DNA of 63,401 nt, counting the filler, from Octopus bimaculoides (Eukaryota), in assembly GCF_001194135.2 (NCBI RefSeq). It is 6 parts of 5 records of this genome, joined end to end, with 100 filler letters (N's around TTAATTAATTAA, not from the genome) between each part and the next. Parts side by side here need not be neighbours in the genome. Positions count along the whole stretch, not along the records: positions 1 to 20,540 come from NC_068985.1; 5 more parts are not named here. One strand, written 5' to 3'. How positions within the stretch are numbered: position 1 is the first letter of the stretch; each line of letters begins with the position of its first letter. The notes under the pieces are model-generated. The model saw nothing but the letters and a program-made list of their open reading frames with translations, was not told the origin of the DNA and searched no databases. Below are positions 1 through 12,519 of this stretch, in pieces. The translations under genes and the position numbers were made by a program.

Positions 1-262
1 CTACAAAAGCTCAAAGACAATATAATGTATGGGTATATTTATTTTTTTTATATATTATTGTTTTATATATTATTTTCTTCATTTTGTACTTCTTTGTAAA
101 AAAACATTTTCATTCTCCTTCTTCTTGATAATTTGCTTTTCGCAATGAAAACCGGTTAGAAGAAATCTTTATTAAAATATGCTTCCAGTTTAGCATTCTG
201 GCTTTTTTTCATTTTCCTATTATTTCTCCACATGCGGTTAACACAACCCCACTATTTACTGA

Positions 263-303
<41 letters not shown>

Positions 304-439
304 GTGTGTATATATATATAAATAGATGGATAAAGAGAGAGAGACATGCAGACAATATGTTCATGCATTAATTTTGCAGCCAGTAAAATAATGAATTCAT
401 AAAAATTCAAACTGGTGAAATTTATGTAAGAATACATAC

Positions 440-674
440 ACAAAACAATGGGCAGCTGATATGATCCAATCATTATGAAGGATTGTTCCCCCGCAAAAAT
501 ATTCTGTACTGTAGTGAAGATTCGAATATGTAGTAATACGTTCAACTGCCACCTGCCATGGATACCTGCCATATGCAGCGTCTTCCTTAACTAGTTTAGA
601 GTAGGATATTTTGTCAACTGCTCTGTCAGCATATTTGGTCTTTATTAGGCGAGGTACTTTGCCACAGACTGGTG
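440..674 (-). CDS. Exon of SRCR-containing trypsin-family serine protease (neurotrypsin-like): linker CG, activation region and N-terminal protease domain to the His57 motif
   Basis: Manual translation between tcttag| acceptor (675) and |gtatgt donor (439): (A)PVCGKVPRLIKTKYADRAVDKISYSKLVKEDAAYGRYPWQVAVERITTYSNLHYSTEYFCGGTILHNDWIISAAHCF. PWQV, CGG and AAHC are S1 protease hallmarks. Phase 1 to 2. This frame is not in the ORF track. Confidence 0.95.
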
Positions 675-759
675 CTAAGATAAGAATGAAAATAAAATTC
701 TTTCATATGAATAAAGACAAGATATTAAAATTTATTCAGATCAAATACATCCTTATGCT

Positions 760-1730
760 TCATCATCATCTTCATCATCCATTGTTTTAAATCTGGGTTT
801 TGTCCCTGTTAACGGGGGTGGCCAGATCTACCTCAATGTCATAGCAATCGCCCTCACACCATCTCACCATCTTGCCCGGTTTTGGGTGTTCTCCTTTTTC
901 AAACCAACCCTCTCAATCTCCTCCACCTGTCCCCTCCACATTTTCCTCGGTCTACCTCGCTTTCACACTCCATTTACTTCAAATGCAGTCACCCTCCTCA
1001 GAACATGCTCCTTATCTCTCCTCAACACATGTCCATACCACACTCCATTCGCCCTTACCCCAGCATTCCCATCAAATCCTCAGTCCTCCTCTTATCAAAC
1101 AGCTTCACCCCACACATTTCTCTCACCATTGCTCTCTCAGTTCTTCTCAAATTGCCATCTCTCTCTCCCTCATACACCATATCTCACTCCCATACATCAT
1201 TGCAACTCTCACACAACTCTTATAGACCCTTCCTTTCATCTTTAATGGGAACCTTTTCCCATATAACAACGCCCCACATTCCCTGAACTTCATCCAGCCA
1301 AGTCTCGCTCTTGCCGCTACAGCTACTTCATATCCACCACTTACATCCACCACTTACATTCACCCTATCTCCCAAATAACAAAACCCTTTCACTGTCTCC
1401 ACCTTGTCACAAAGTGTTTCCACTGACTTCACCAGCACTCCAGCTCCTTTCTCACATCTTCCACAACTCCCTTGCCTGTCTTGGGAGTTACCTTCCTTTT
1501 CGTACATCTACCATGAATCCATTTCTCAAATCTCATACACAACACCACATTTACCATTACCCTCCTCTCACATACACCACATGAATCCACCTTACTCACT
1601 AACACTTCTCCTTCCAACCTACATATCATTACCTTTGTCTTCCCAAGGTTTACCTTCAAACCCTTGCTTTCAAACACCTCCTTCTATTTCCAAATCTTCT
1701 AACTATTTTATAATTTAGTTACATTTAGTT
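760..1730 (-). mobile_element. RTE-clade LINE, 3' fragment (RT C-terminus), decayed
   Basis: Minus ORFs 1429-1677 (GLKVNLGKTKVM...CGVC...KWIHGRC) and 1147-1353 (AARARLGWMKFRE...KGRVYKSCVRVAMMYGSEIW); (CAT)n tail near 760-780. Confidence 0.85.
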
Positions 1731-1844
1731 ACCACAGTTATTTAGTTGGTCTTGAACTTTTTGCTAAAATAACCTATTCATTATATTGAGGAGAGGAGTC
1801 TACTGTTTGAAAGCTTTGACTATTGTTGGTGGAGGTGTCATTAC

Positions 1845-1874
1845 CCTTGGCAGATCTAACAACACTGCAAAAGT
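1845..1874 (-). CDS. Possible optional 30-nt phase 1-1 exon of the SRCR-protease gene (DFCSVVRSAK)
   Basis: Acceptor tttttcctcag| at 1875 and donor G|gtaatg at 1844 keep frame between the 3768 and 674 exons, but the gene also reads through without it. Confidence 0.25.
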
Positions 1875-2329
1875 CTGAGGAAAAAATTGAGACAAAAGCA
1901 ATTTCTGATTCCCTGAGATTTAAGGTAGGGCTAAATTAGGGTGAAATACTCTAATATAGTAAATTAGTTTATATTTTAGAGACATTAGAAATGATTACAA
2001 TAAAATTGAATATCAGATTTCCACTAAACCAAACAACTAGCTTAATGTAGGATGGCTTTATCTATGAATGCAAATATTAAGATTGGTATCACAAATATTC
2101 TAATTGTATGAAGAGGTAGAGATAGTACTTTTATAAGTAAAGATTGGCTCAGAAAAAATGAAATGAAACAATATAGTAATTCTTTATTCTAGGAAGTAGA
2201 TCAAAGATTATTTATCAATATATTAAGGTGGAGTTCGTGTGGAACAGAATAAAATTTTGTAGGAGTCAGGAATTAAAATGCTTAAATAATGAAGGAAATC
2301 GGTAACCTAGAATAAAATTGTCCTTGCAA

Positions 2330-3400
2330 TGACCTCTAAAAATAATCTAAAAAGAACAGACATTTGAATGAGGGAAGGCAAAAAGCATCATATAAAAAAA
2401 CAAAGACTGATTCCACTGCTGATCGACCTGGACGTGGCTGAAAAAGAAGTGTGCAGACCCTTCAACTTATCAAAAGTACCAGAGAAAAAGATACAGCGAA
2501 ATCCTCATTCCATCAGAAAACTGGCTGCCACAGCAAAGGTAAACTGAACATCGATGTATTGAGTGCTGAAGGAGGATTTGAAGTCCCACCCCTACAAGAT
2601 GATCTGCTGTCATGAGCTCACACAAGTTTATAAGACTATGAGACGTCTTATCCTGCATCAGATTGGTGAAAGCACGCTGCCCAGCCTGGTATTCACCGAT
2701 GAAAAGAAATTTGACATTGAACAGACAGTAAACAATCAGAATGATTGACTTTGGAGTGTATCTGGCTCTGTCGAGGATAGACTCATAAATTGATGTCAAA
2801 ATCCACTGTCAGTTATGGTTTGGGTGGCTGTGACACTCACAGGAAGGTCTCTCATTTTTGTGCTGTCTGGTGTCGAAAATTAATGCCCATCGATACATTA
2901 GGGACATTCTGGAAGCTGAACTGCTTCCATGTGCAAACGAGCACTTTCAAGACACACCTTGGAGCCTCCAATAGGATTTGGCACCATCCCACAGCTCCAG
3001 ACAGACACAACACAGGACTCACAAAAACATTCCGTCATTCATAGGCAAGATGTATGGCCTTCAAGGAGCTCTGAACTCAACCTGTTGGATTTTTCTGTTT
3101 GGTCCATTTTGGAGACAAGGGTCTCGAGTACTCCTCATGCTTTGCTCAACACTCTGAAGGCAAAACTGCACCAGAATTGGGCTTCGATTCTGCAAGAAAA
3201 GTTGTGTGCCATGTGTTAAACATTCACACCTAGACTTAAGGCTGAGATTTGAAACAAAGGAGATCACATTGAATAAATGTGGTAGTGTCATAATTGGGTT
3301 TCTTTTACCATTGCATTGCAACACTCGGACTTGAAACAACATTATTTTGTTTTGGCAAATTTGAAAAAAGCTAACTGTTTTAATTTTGGGACATCCTGTA
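2330..3400 (+). mobile_element. Tc1/mariner (IS630-like DDE) transposon relic
   Basis: Fragments ...LVFTDEKKFDIEQTVNNQND, WPSRSSELNLLDFSVWSILE; right end ttttgggacatcctg-TA at about 3384-3400. Confidence 0.85.
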
Positions 3401-3767
3401 TATGAAGGATACCATGTAGCATATGGTCTGACTTGCTACTGTCTGAACCAACTCTATTACCATGAAATAATAAGAAACTTTTTCATTTAAATCAGTAATA
3501 GTCTTTCATTTTAATAGTGTTAAGTTTTGATTGACAATGAAAGGTTACACAAAAACGATTCTACGTATTTCTCTTGTGCATCAGATAAAGAAGTATTTAT
3601 CAGTTTTGCACAAACTGACTGGAGTTGCCTGTATCAGCCTAAAATAGTTCATGTTGCTTTCAATGTTACTCATACTTTGAGAGATTTTCCAGCTATTGTG
3701 ATTGTATCGGGTTATAAGAAAATGTATTGGTTGCATAATGTTATGGAACACTGTCATTTTTACTTAC

Positions 3768-3997
3768 CCACAGTGGTTGCTGATGCTACAGTAGTTGTTG
3801 TAGGGGAAGTAGTTGTTGTTATTGCATCTCGGTAACACTGCACACTAACATCTTCTATGTGGTCACAGTCATGTTTACCTCGAGGATTTCCTTTACAGAA
3901 TTCAATACTATCTTCAATGCCATAGCAATTGAGCTCATCATACCAAATAACACCATTACCTTTTCCATAGATACCTCCTGGTAAAGCAATACCTGAT
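3768..3997 (-). CDS. Exon: second half of SRCR domain plus Thr-rich linker (SRCR-protease gene)
   Basis: ttttctag|...|gtaagt; translates SGIALPGGIYGKGNGVIWYDELNCYGIEDSIEFCKGNPRGKHDCDHIEDVSVQCYRDAITTTTSPTTTTVASATTV; phase 2 to 1, joins 7756 exon (..CKQLGYK|SG) and 674 exon in frame. Confidence 0.95.
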
Positions 3998-4141
3998 CTA
4001 GAAAAACATTAAGACATGGGATATAATAACAAAATCAGTTCGAAATAACTAAAGGTGTAATAAAAACTAAGCCAAGATTTAAATAAATGACACATAAAAA
4101 CTATCTTTTAGCCATAAAAAATTCTTCCTCCTGTTGCAAAT

Positions 4142-7100
4142 TGTTATAATGTAATTGTTACATACAATAACATAACCAGACAACAGTAAACAACAATGTA
4201 ACAAACTAACAAATCCCTTTACGAATCAACAATCAAAATTCCTTGTTAATTAACCAACACCTTCCGACTTCACTGCAAACTAACACGCACTTCACTTGAC
4301 TCTGAACTCTGAATTCAGATCACTACTGTTTATACTTTATTCAAACCAGTTTATCTCTTGCAAGGGGGCATCATAACTCTCATCACAACATCAACCCTTT
4401 TGAGATTTTGACTACTGTAAGAAAGTGGAATTTCTTTTATTTTAATTTTTTTTCTTTCCAGTGCCTCTTCCATTTTTTTTTAGCTGATGTATACTTAATT
4501 GTTTCCCATTGTACAAAGCACTCTTGTTTTTATTTTGATTTTTTTAAAATTTAATATATTTTTTTTGTTTAGGTATTACTTCCAGATATTCAGTCTGTTT
4601 TCATTTTCTGAAGCTAGTTCTACGGAGTTTAATATCTCTTGGTGCTAGCACTTCAAACATATCATAGAAGACTCCCATTAGTATTATCCTTCATTCTTCC
4701 GTATGTCCCATCTTTAATTGATTAAAGTATCTCTTATGTTATGAACGTTGTTCTTTAATTAAATACATCATGTTACCTAATCTTATGATTACACAGCCAT
4801 CCTCCCGACCTTCTTTACCATTTTTGTAATTTTTTTACTTTGAAATATTTTGTAATATTTCTTGTATTTCCTTCAAATATATTTTTTGTCTTTCCTTTAT
4901 ATGTATTTTTCCTGGCAATAATTTATTGAAGATTGATTTTATTTTACACGTGAACATAAACTCTACTGGTAACTTTCCTGAATAAGCATTATTCTATATA
5001 CTCTCAAACTTTTCGTTTGTGCCTTGTTATTGTCTAGCCCATCCCTAGCTTTTCTTAGAGCTCATTTGAATGTATAGCTATCCACAATGATTAGATACTA
5101 TGTGTGGTTCACTAGTCCATTTTAGTCAATATGTATCATGGTCCATGGCCTCTCACGTCTTTGTGCATAGGCCTAGCTTGCACGAGTACTTGCAGAAACG
5201 TTTTTCCAAATTTTCTCTTTAACTCTTCAGACCAATTATTTTTAGAGGGACAACCATTTACAATAGAGATTTATGGAGAGGTCCCATCAATTAAATAATT
5301 CTAACCAATCAGTATCACACAGATTGGTCACATTTTTAATGGCGAAAACTTTTGCTTTGCATGTTCTTCCTCAAAATGTGACATTAGTCCACATTTCACC
5401 TATGAAATGAAATTTGTTGCCTGTCACGCAATGAGCAGATTTCACTGTTTTTCTCAACATAATCGAACTAAATATGTAGACTGGCACCCATGCCAGCGTC
5501 TCTTCATTCAACACTAAACTCGGCTTGCAAAGACCTGTTGGGGCAAGCGAAAGCGAAATCGTGATGGCACCTGTACCAGTAGATCACTAAGAGCACCGTC
5601 CGATCATTGTCAGAGTACCAGCTGTCTGGCTTCTGTGCTGGTGGCACGTAAATAGCACCATTTGAGTGTGATCGTTACCAACGTCACCTTCCTGGCACTT
5701 GTGCCAGTGGCACATGAAAAGACATTCGAGCAAGTTCGTTGCCAGTACCGCTGGACTGGCTCCTGTGCAGGTGGCACATAAAATACACTATTTCGAGCAT
5801 GGCCATTGCCAGTACCTCCTGACTGGCCTTCGTGCCAGTGGCACGTAAAAGCACCCACTACACTCTCGGAGTGGTTGGTGTTAGGAAGGGCATCCAGCTG
5901 TAGAAACTCTGCCAAATCAGATTGGAGCCTGGTGTAGCCATCTGGTTCACCAGTCCTCGGTCAAATCGTCCAACCCATGCTAGCATGGAAAGCAGACGTT
6001 AAACGATGATGATGATGATGATGATGTGTCTATATTTATTATTGAAATATCACTTTCAGTATCCAACTGAAGTTTAATATGTATTTTATTTATTTTTACA
6101 TGTACGAATTTTCTTATTTGGGAGTTTTTGTTTCTGCTGAGAACACTCTAGGATTTTTATTGGTTGACCTTCGTAATTTTGTTCTACAGTGTAAACTCTT
6201 GTGACCAATTCTTTTGAAACTGTAACATTATTGATTTTTAAATGGACAGTCTTTTCTGAACTGTATGCCCCCACATCTATAACATGGATTAAGACGTGGT
6301 TCTGTTTTTTTATTGTACTTTACTGGTTGGCATATTTGTATTTTTGAGGAATCCTTTTCTTGAATTTTTTTCTACATCGTGTTTCAGGTTTACCACTCTT
6401 TGGTATTCTTCTGCCAGGGATTGTAAGGTTTGATCTTGGTTTGCTTGTTCCAACTTAGAAAGAATTCTTGCTCTATTTTCTATATCTTCACTTGCTGTAA
6501 GGCCTCGTATGAAAATAAGACACTTGAACATCTCAGTTGTAAGTTCTTTGAGCTTAAAACTTTCACACATCCTGTTGACTGTTCCTGCATATGTGATAAA
6601 ATCATAATTCTCTTTTTTTTTGTTATATTCCAAAATTCCATTCGTGTATTAAATAAAGAAGTTTTATCACCGAATATGTTTGACAGTAATTCTATAGTTT
6701 TTGTTAAACAAATCTGATTGTTTTTAGTGGGTGGAGGGGTAATATGAAATTACAGAAATGTTCATGCTCTAATGAGGCTAATTTTTGCAATAACAATCTC
6801 CCTTTTTGTTTGTCCGACCATGATTTGCAATTTTGCATAAAAATCTCCTTCTGTAGTACAATGCAAAAGTTATACCATCCTCTGGAATATAACTAAGTTC
6901 ATTAATCGAGTTTGAAACGCCATCTAGCGAAAACAAACTTACTTAATTTTTGAACTTCTTTGAACAGTAAACAACAATGTAATGAACTAACAAATCTCTT
7001 TGTGAACCAACAATCAATATTGCTTGTAAACTAACCAACCAACATCTTCCGACTTTACTGCAAACTAACACAAACTTCACTCAACTCTGAACTTTGAACT

Positions 7101-7186
7101 TTGAACTCACTGAGATCACTACTATTTATACTTTACTTGGACCACTCTATCTCTTGCAAGGGGGCATCATAACTCTCATCACAACA
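4142..7186 (-). mobile_element. Gypsy (Mag-like) LTR retrotransposon, internally deleted
   Basis: Direct repeats about 4182-4390 and 6963-7186 with minus-strand TG start; candidate 5-bp TSD caaat/cagat; PBS-like tggcg near 6920; gag-like ORF 6310-6633 (FKCLIFIRGL..RILSKLE); decayed integrase (PWxxIHID-like) about 5090-5160. Confidence 0.8.
5478..6025 (-). mobile_element. RTE-tail-type interspersed repeat nested in the Gypsy element (inverted copy of 16474-17080)
   Basis: Shared blocks (agtttctacagctggatgcc, tttacgtgccacc, gacctgttggggcaagc) and a (CAT)n terminus. Confidence 0.8.
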
Positions 7187-7217
7187 CAGATGATTGTCCA
7201 AATTTACAAGGAACATT

Positions 7218-7665
7218 CTGAGGGCATATGACCAAGTGGTTAGAGTGTTGGACTCATGATTGTAAGATTAGGGTTTCAGTTCCTGGGTTAGGCAATGCAT
7301 TGTGTTCTTGAGCAAAACACTTCATTTCATGTTGCTCGAATCCACTCAGCTGGCAAAAATAAGTAAACTTATGAGGGACCAGCATTCTGTTAAGTGGGGT
7401 GGAGTAGTATTATACCACAGACTATAAGATTCAGGAAGGTTAGGGGAGGTGCATGGCTTAGTGGTAAGAGTGTCAGATTCATGATTGTAAGATTGTGGTT
7501 TCAGTTCCTGAAGCAGACAAAACACTTCATTTTATGTTGCTCAAGTCCACTCAGCCAACAAAAATTATTCCTGTGATGGGCCAGCGTCCTGTCCAGTGGG
7601 GAGTATGTATGTGAGAAAATCTGGGAAACTGGCTCTATGTGTCTATATAACTTAGGAAGAAACTT
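7218..7665 (+). mobile_element. Two tandem tRNA-derived SINE copies
   Basis: A/B-box-like heads (agtggttagag...ggtttcagttcc) followed by body gcaaaacacttcattt..tgttgctc; related copies at 27838, 57770-58070. Confidence 0.75.
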
Positions 7666-7755
7666 CACCCTTTTACTCAAAGTAAAACAGTATAAAATAG
7701 TAATGATTAATCACAAATTAGACAAAGAAAGATATCAATTAAATGAACGGCTTAC

Positions 7756-7834
7756 TTATATCCCAGCTGCTTGCAAACAACAGTGGCATCTTTGTCGTCA
7801 AAATTGTCATCACATACAGTACCAGTGATGTTAT
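7756..7834 (-). CDS. Exon: first half of SRCR domain (5' part hidden in N-gap 7835-7985)
   Basis: NITGTVCDDNFDDKDATVVCKQLGY followed by AA|gtaagc donor (phase 2). Confidence 0.93.
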
Positions 7835-8023
7835 NNNNNNNNNNNNNNNNNNNNNNNNNNNNNNNNNNNNNNNNNNNNNNNNNNNNNNNNNNNNNNNNNN
7901 NNNNNNNNNNNNNNNNNNNNNNNNNNNNNNNNNNNNNNNNNNNNNNNNNNNNNNNNNNNNNNNNNNNNNNNNNNNNNNNNNNNNNTAATATGTGATAGAA
8001 AAAATAATTGCAGTGGTATCTCT

Positions 8024-8076
<53 letters not shown>

Positions 8077-8319
8077 CAAAGGAAGGAAAAAAATCAATCA
8101 TTTTCTTCAAAGGAATGTAAAGCATCTAATTCTAATTATTTGTTATATCTTTTTATATTATATTATATTATATTATAATGTAAATAGATTTTTTATATGT
8201 TAATAGTATTTCTCTATACACACAGTGAGTTTGGGATAAATTTGACAATTTTCTTATGTCACCTTTTCTCAGGAACAGCTTGATGTATTGGTGAATAGTC
8301 AATGGCATTGGTGAGCATA

Positions 8320-9093
8320 AAGATTAAAGTTACAGAGAAGATGTTAGCTGACATGGCGGACTGGAAGCTATTTGAATATTGGAAGGGAGTTGCCTATATC
8401 ATGATGATTTGCAGTGGGTATCAAAATGCTGAGATCATGAGTGCTGCTCAGTACCCTATGTTCTGCGAACTCTGTAAGGGCTGTGTAAGACATGACATGG
8501 GCATCATGAAAACCAAATTCCCCTAAACTGTAACAGTCTTCGGGTGTGTTTCCAGTGAGGATGATATCATGTCACCCCACACTTTTGAACAGGGCCTTAA
8601 GCTCAACCCAAATGGCTATGTGAAACTGCTGGAGACTGTGGGCAAACCTTGGCTGGAGAGGATTGCTGTTGGAAGGTTATATGTATCGCAGCAGAATTCA
8701 GTTCCTTGCCATACCCCCAGAGTCAGAAATAGTTGTTACAGAATTTCTATGACTTCACCAACCCCATTTTCTGGCCACCTAATTTCCCTGATTGTAATGT
8801 GTAGGGCATGGTTAAGAAAAACACCAACTGCTCTGCCTGCAACACCAAGGCTGAGTTGGTGGCTAAGATCAAGGATTTTCTCAGGGACACAGTGAGGAAT
8901 GTATGTTTCAAGTTCCAGAGCCATCTTGAGGCCATGATAGAAGCTGAGAGTGGCTACTCTAAATAAACTGTTTTCTTCCAGCCAAAACCAACTTGATATT
9001 TTTTGAGTTCTTAAAATTCTTTTATTTTTGGATGGCATAGTGTGTTTTCTTTTCCTTTTATGCAAGCTGTCAAATTTAGCCTGAACATCCTGT
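8320..9093 (+). mobile_element. Tc1-like transposase relic
   Basis: MKTKFP*TVTVFGCVSSEDDIMSPHTFEQGLKLNPNGYVKLLETV..PWL..Y..QQNSVPCHT; right end ctgaacatcctg. Confidence 0.8.
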
Positions 9094-9125
9094 GTGTGTG
9101 TGTGTGTGTGTGTGTNNNNNNNNNN

Positions 9126-9370
9126 TGTGTGTGTGTGTATCTGTGTCTCTGTGTGTGTATGTCTGTTTGTCCCCCCACCTGACATCGCTTGACAACCCAT
9201 ATTGTAATGTTTATGTCCCCGTAACTTAGTGTTCAACAAGAGACAGATAGAATAAGTATTAGGCTTACAAAGAATAAGTCCCGGGGACGATTTGTTCAAC
9301 TAAAGGCGGTGCACCAGCATGGCCACAATCAAATGACTGAAACAAGTAAAAGAATAAAAGAATAAAAGAA
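9126..9370 (+). mobile_element. 3' half of abundant CORE-type SINE
   Basis: gtttgtcccccc...cgcttgacaacc...gaataagtcc.gggg.cgatttg...ccagcatggcc...aaatgactgaaacaagtaaaagaataaaag; about 8 copies in the window. Confidence 0.8.
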
Positions 9371-9480
9371 AAGGTAGAATATACCTAAACATTTAGCTTT
9401 CAAGCTTATCAAATCCAGGTTACCCTGAAGACAGTGCTGTACCCTGAAGACAGTGCTGTACCCTGAAGACNNNNNNNNNN

Positions 9481-9515
<35 letters not shown>

Positions 9516-11019
9516 GTATATATCTGTATATATATACACACATATATATGCATACACATAATTCTTTTTGAGAATAATAGTTCTTGAAGCACGTCTCATA
9601 CAGCTTTCAAAGAATTGTATATAAATAATGGGCTGAAAACTCCTTTTCATAGACAAAGTCAAAGGCTGCCTAAGGGACTCAAATCCACATTTCTAGTAGA
9701 CATGATGACAGATGTTCTACCATTAGACCAAAATGCTTCTTTAAATTTCTTTGTCCATTTTAGAAACGTTATTCTTACCAATGAGAATAGATTGCTACTG
9801 ATGTCATAAGAATTTTATAAACTTTTGAGCTGTAGATTTGAGTCCCAGAGGCTGCCATTGACATTTTCTATCCAAAAGGGTTTTTCAACTCAATATTTAC
9901 ATGCTATTGTTTATAGATGTATGCTATGTGCTTCCTGAGCTGTTATTCTAAAGCACAATTATTTCACAATCTCTTGAAAGTTTATAAGATTCTTATGATG
10001 TCAGCTATATATAAATATTGTTCTTCAACATGAATAGTATTGACAGTGACTTTGAAGTTTCAACCAACTAAACCATCATTGGACTGTGATGTACTTGAAT
10101 TAATCTTATGTTAATACAGTCTCTGCTAGCTTTATATAGTCTCTGTCTCAAGTAGGAGGAGTTCTGTCAAATAGTAATTAGGTTGTGACAGAGAGGTGTA
10201 ATGGATAAATTTTCATTGATTAAATTGGGGGTTATGTCATTGTTCAGAATATATTCATGCATGTAGAACTTTGTAAACAGGTGTGTATATTTAAGTGTGT
10301 TGGCTTCAGCTGATGGGATTGTTCTTTAGGGGTTCACAAAAGAATGTAAGTAGATAGAAGGGTCTTTTTGGTCACTGGATGTATCACTCAGTTTTAATTA
10401 TCATTAGTTTTATTGGATTTAATCCTTTACTCTGAAAATGTAAAGGTCAAAGTTGAACGTTTTGTCCACCATTTAAAACTTTGTAACTAGGTGTGTCAGC
10501 TTTTTTCTTTAGAATGGAATTTTTCAAGGGTCACAAATACAAAACAAAACAAAAAGTAAATAGGTGGTATATTTTAGTTAGTCAGTATGTTTCTTTTTTT
10601 ATTGTAGATATTATTTATAATATTTCCTTGTCTGTATTAAGAAGGTGGAGGTTATTAGTGGTGTATGTCATGGTGTTGTTAGTATAGAAATCTACTTATC
10701 TTGTGCTTTTATGTTCACAAAAAGATGTGAGTAGGTTGTTGGTCAGTATATTTCTCTCTGTGAGTTTATTGTTCTATGAGCAATTTGATTAATATGTAGA
10801 AAATTTAACCTTTGTGTTTTATGGCAATAGAATTTGTGAGCCATGTTTTTATAAATATTTCTTCAGTTAGGTTTCAAACATGGGTATTTTAGAATATATT
10901 ATTTTGGGCCTCTATGCAAAAGTAGAGCATTATTAAATATGTGCATATACTAATGCATAAGAACAGAAATAAAAATAAAATTTGATTTAACAATATATTT
11001 ATAAATTTTTAAAAAAACA

Positions 11020-12030
11020 TATATGCGAGTGTATGTAGGTTTGTGTGCTTACCATAAAAAATCTTTTGTGGGGACTTTGGTTGGAGATTGGGAGATTGGG
11101 AAATTATTTAAAAATTTACCAATCTCCAACCAAAATAGGGAGGATGCATTAGTACAAAGTTGGTGGGGTTTGTTATTACCTTGTTATGGTTGTGGGTGTG
11201 ACAGTATTTTCCAATCAATGCTAAATAGAGTATTTTTCATTTTAATGTCCATATATGCTTGGAGAGTGACATATCATTCTACTTGTTTGAGTTGTTAAAA
11301 GTGTGTGTAATGGTTGTATCATATCTTGAACTGATTTGCTGTAAGTCCTATATACGCAGATATAGCAGTTGATGTGTTCATGGTTACTGTTGCACTATAG
11401 GTAATATTGCTTGAGAGACAATTTCCTTCAAGATAAAGATTTTCTAAAACTGCAATAGTTATTATGTGTGTGATTTGGGTTTTTCACTTTTAGACCTTTT
11501 TGTTGGTTGTAATTAGCTACAGTTTTTCTAAAGTTGTTTGTAGAACATGACAATTTTACAGTCTTTGTTTTTTAGATTGCAATACTGGTGGTTGGGGTAG
11601 AAGTTTTTTGCAATATTTTGAAAAATAATCTAGCTGTTGAGACTTGCACATTGAATAGTGGGAATAAACCAGATAATGTTCCTCTTTCTATTCTTAGGTT
11701 TTGTTATTTATTGTGGGATATTTGTTGTTTATACATTGCACTTTCTCTTTGTAACCACTGTTACTGAGAGCTTCATTATATGGAGTTGCTATTTCATTTG
11801 GTATTTTTTCATTTGAAGATGAAGAGTATGTTTCTTTTTAGGTTTTTAATAATGCTTTTGGGGTAGTTAGATTGTCTATGTATATAGTAAAGCAGTAAGC
11901 GTATGAAGGCAAACAAAGTGAAACAGAGCAATGACTGGCAGTACAAGAGAATGTGAAAGTAAAGTGTACTTGGAATAGTTGGTCCAATGTATACATGGGA
12001 ATTGAAATTTTTCTAGACATCATTTACGGA
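11020..12030 (-). mobile_element. Penelope-like element (RT thumb, linker, GIY-YIG endonuclease), decayed
   Basis: Minus-strand fragments YIHRQSNYPKSIIKNL, SSNEKIPNEIATPYNEALSNSGYK, RKRNIIWF, EGNCLSSNITYSATV...AYIGLTANQFK. Confidence 0.85.
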
Positions 12031-12519
12031 ATAACCGCATTCTTAGATATTGATGTGGTCTTCATTCTAAGATAAAACATTTAAACCTATATCCAGCTAT
12101 TTTAACTTTTTTCATAATTGAAAAGAATATGTAATGTTTGTATGTTTAGATATCATAATTATACTCACAGCAATATGTTTCATCACTGTTATCACCACAA
12201 TTATCAACTGTGTCGCATATATATTCTATATTTCGACACTGTGAGTTAGCACATTCAAACTGATTTGGGGCACATCCTGAAATATACAAAAAAAAAAAAA
12301 TCTTCAAAAAACATCAAAGTAAGAAATAAAATTATTTATTTAATACAAATAAATTTTTTAAATGTAATAAGAAGTGGAGTTTATTTATCATAAAAAACAT
12401 AAATATTTTATGTATAAATAAATATTATTCAATTATATTCAATTTAATATTGTGTTGTTCTTTTGAAAGAATTTTACACCTAATAATTCTGTATTAGTAG
12501 TATTGGTTTAGTAGAGTAC

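Noticed and set aside
872-1718. Plus-strand S/P/H-rich ORFs
   Set aside because: Antisense readings of the minus-strand RTE LINE.
9420-9470. 19-bp tandem repeat as a possible CRISPR-like array
   Set aside because: No spacers, under 3 units, abuts a gap, eukaryotic context.
10050-10100. Possible hammerhead in the 9.9-10.9 kb Penelope-like region
   Set aside because: Core and stem II are too degenerate to support a fold.
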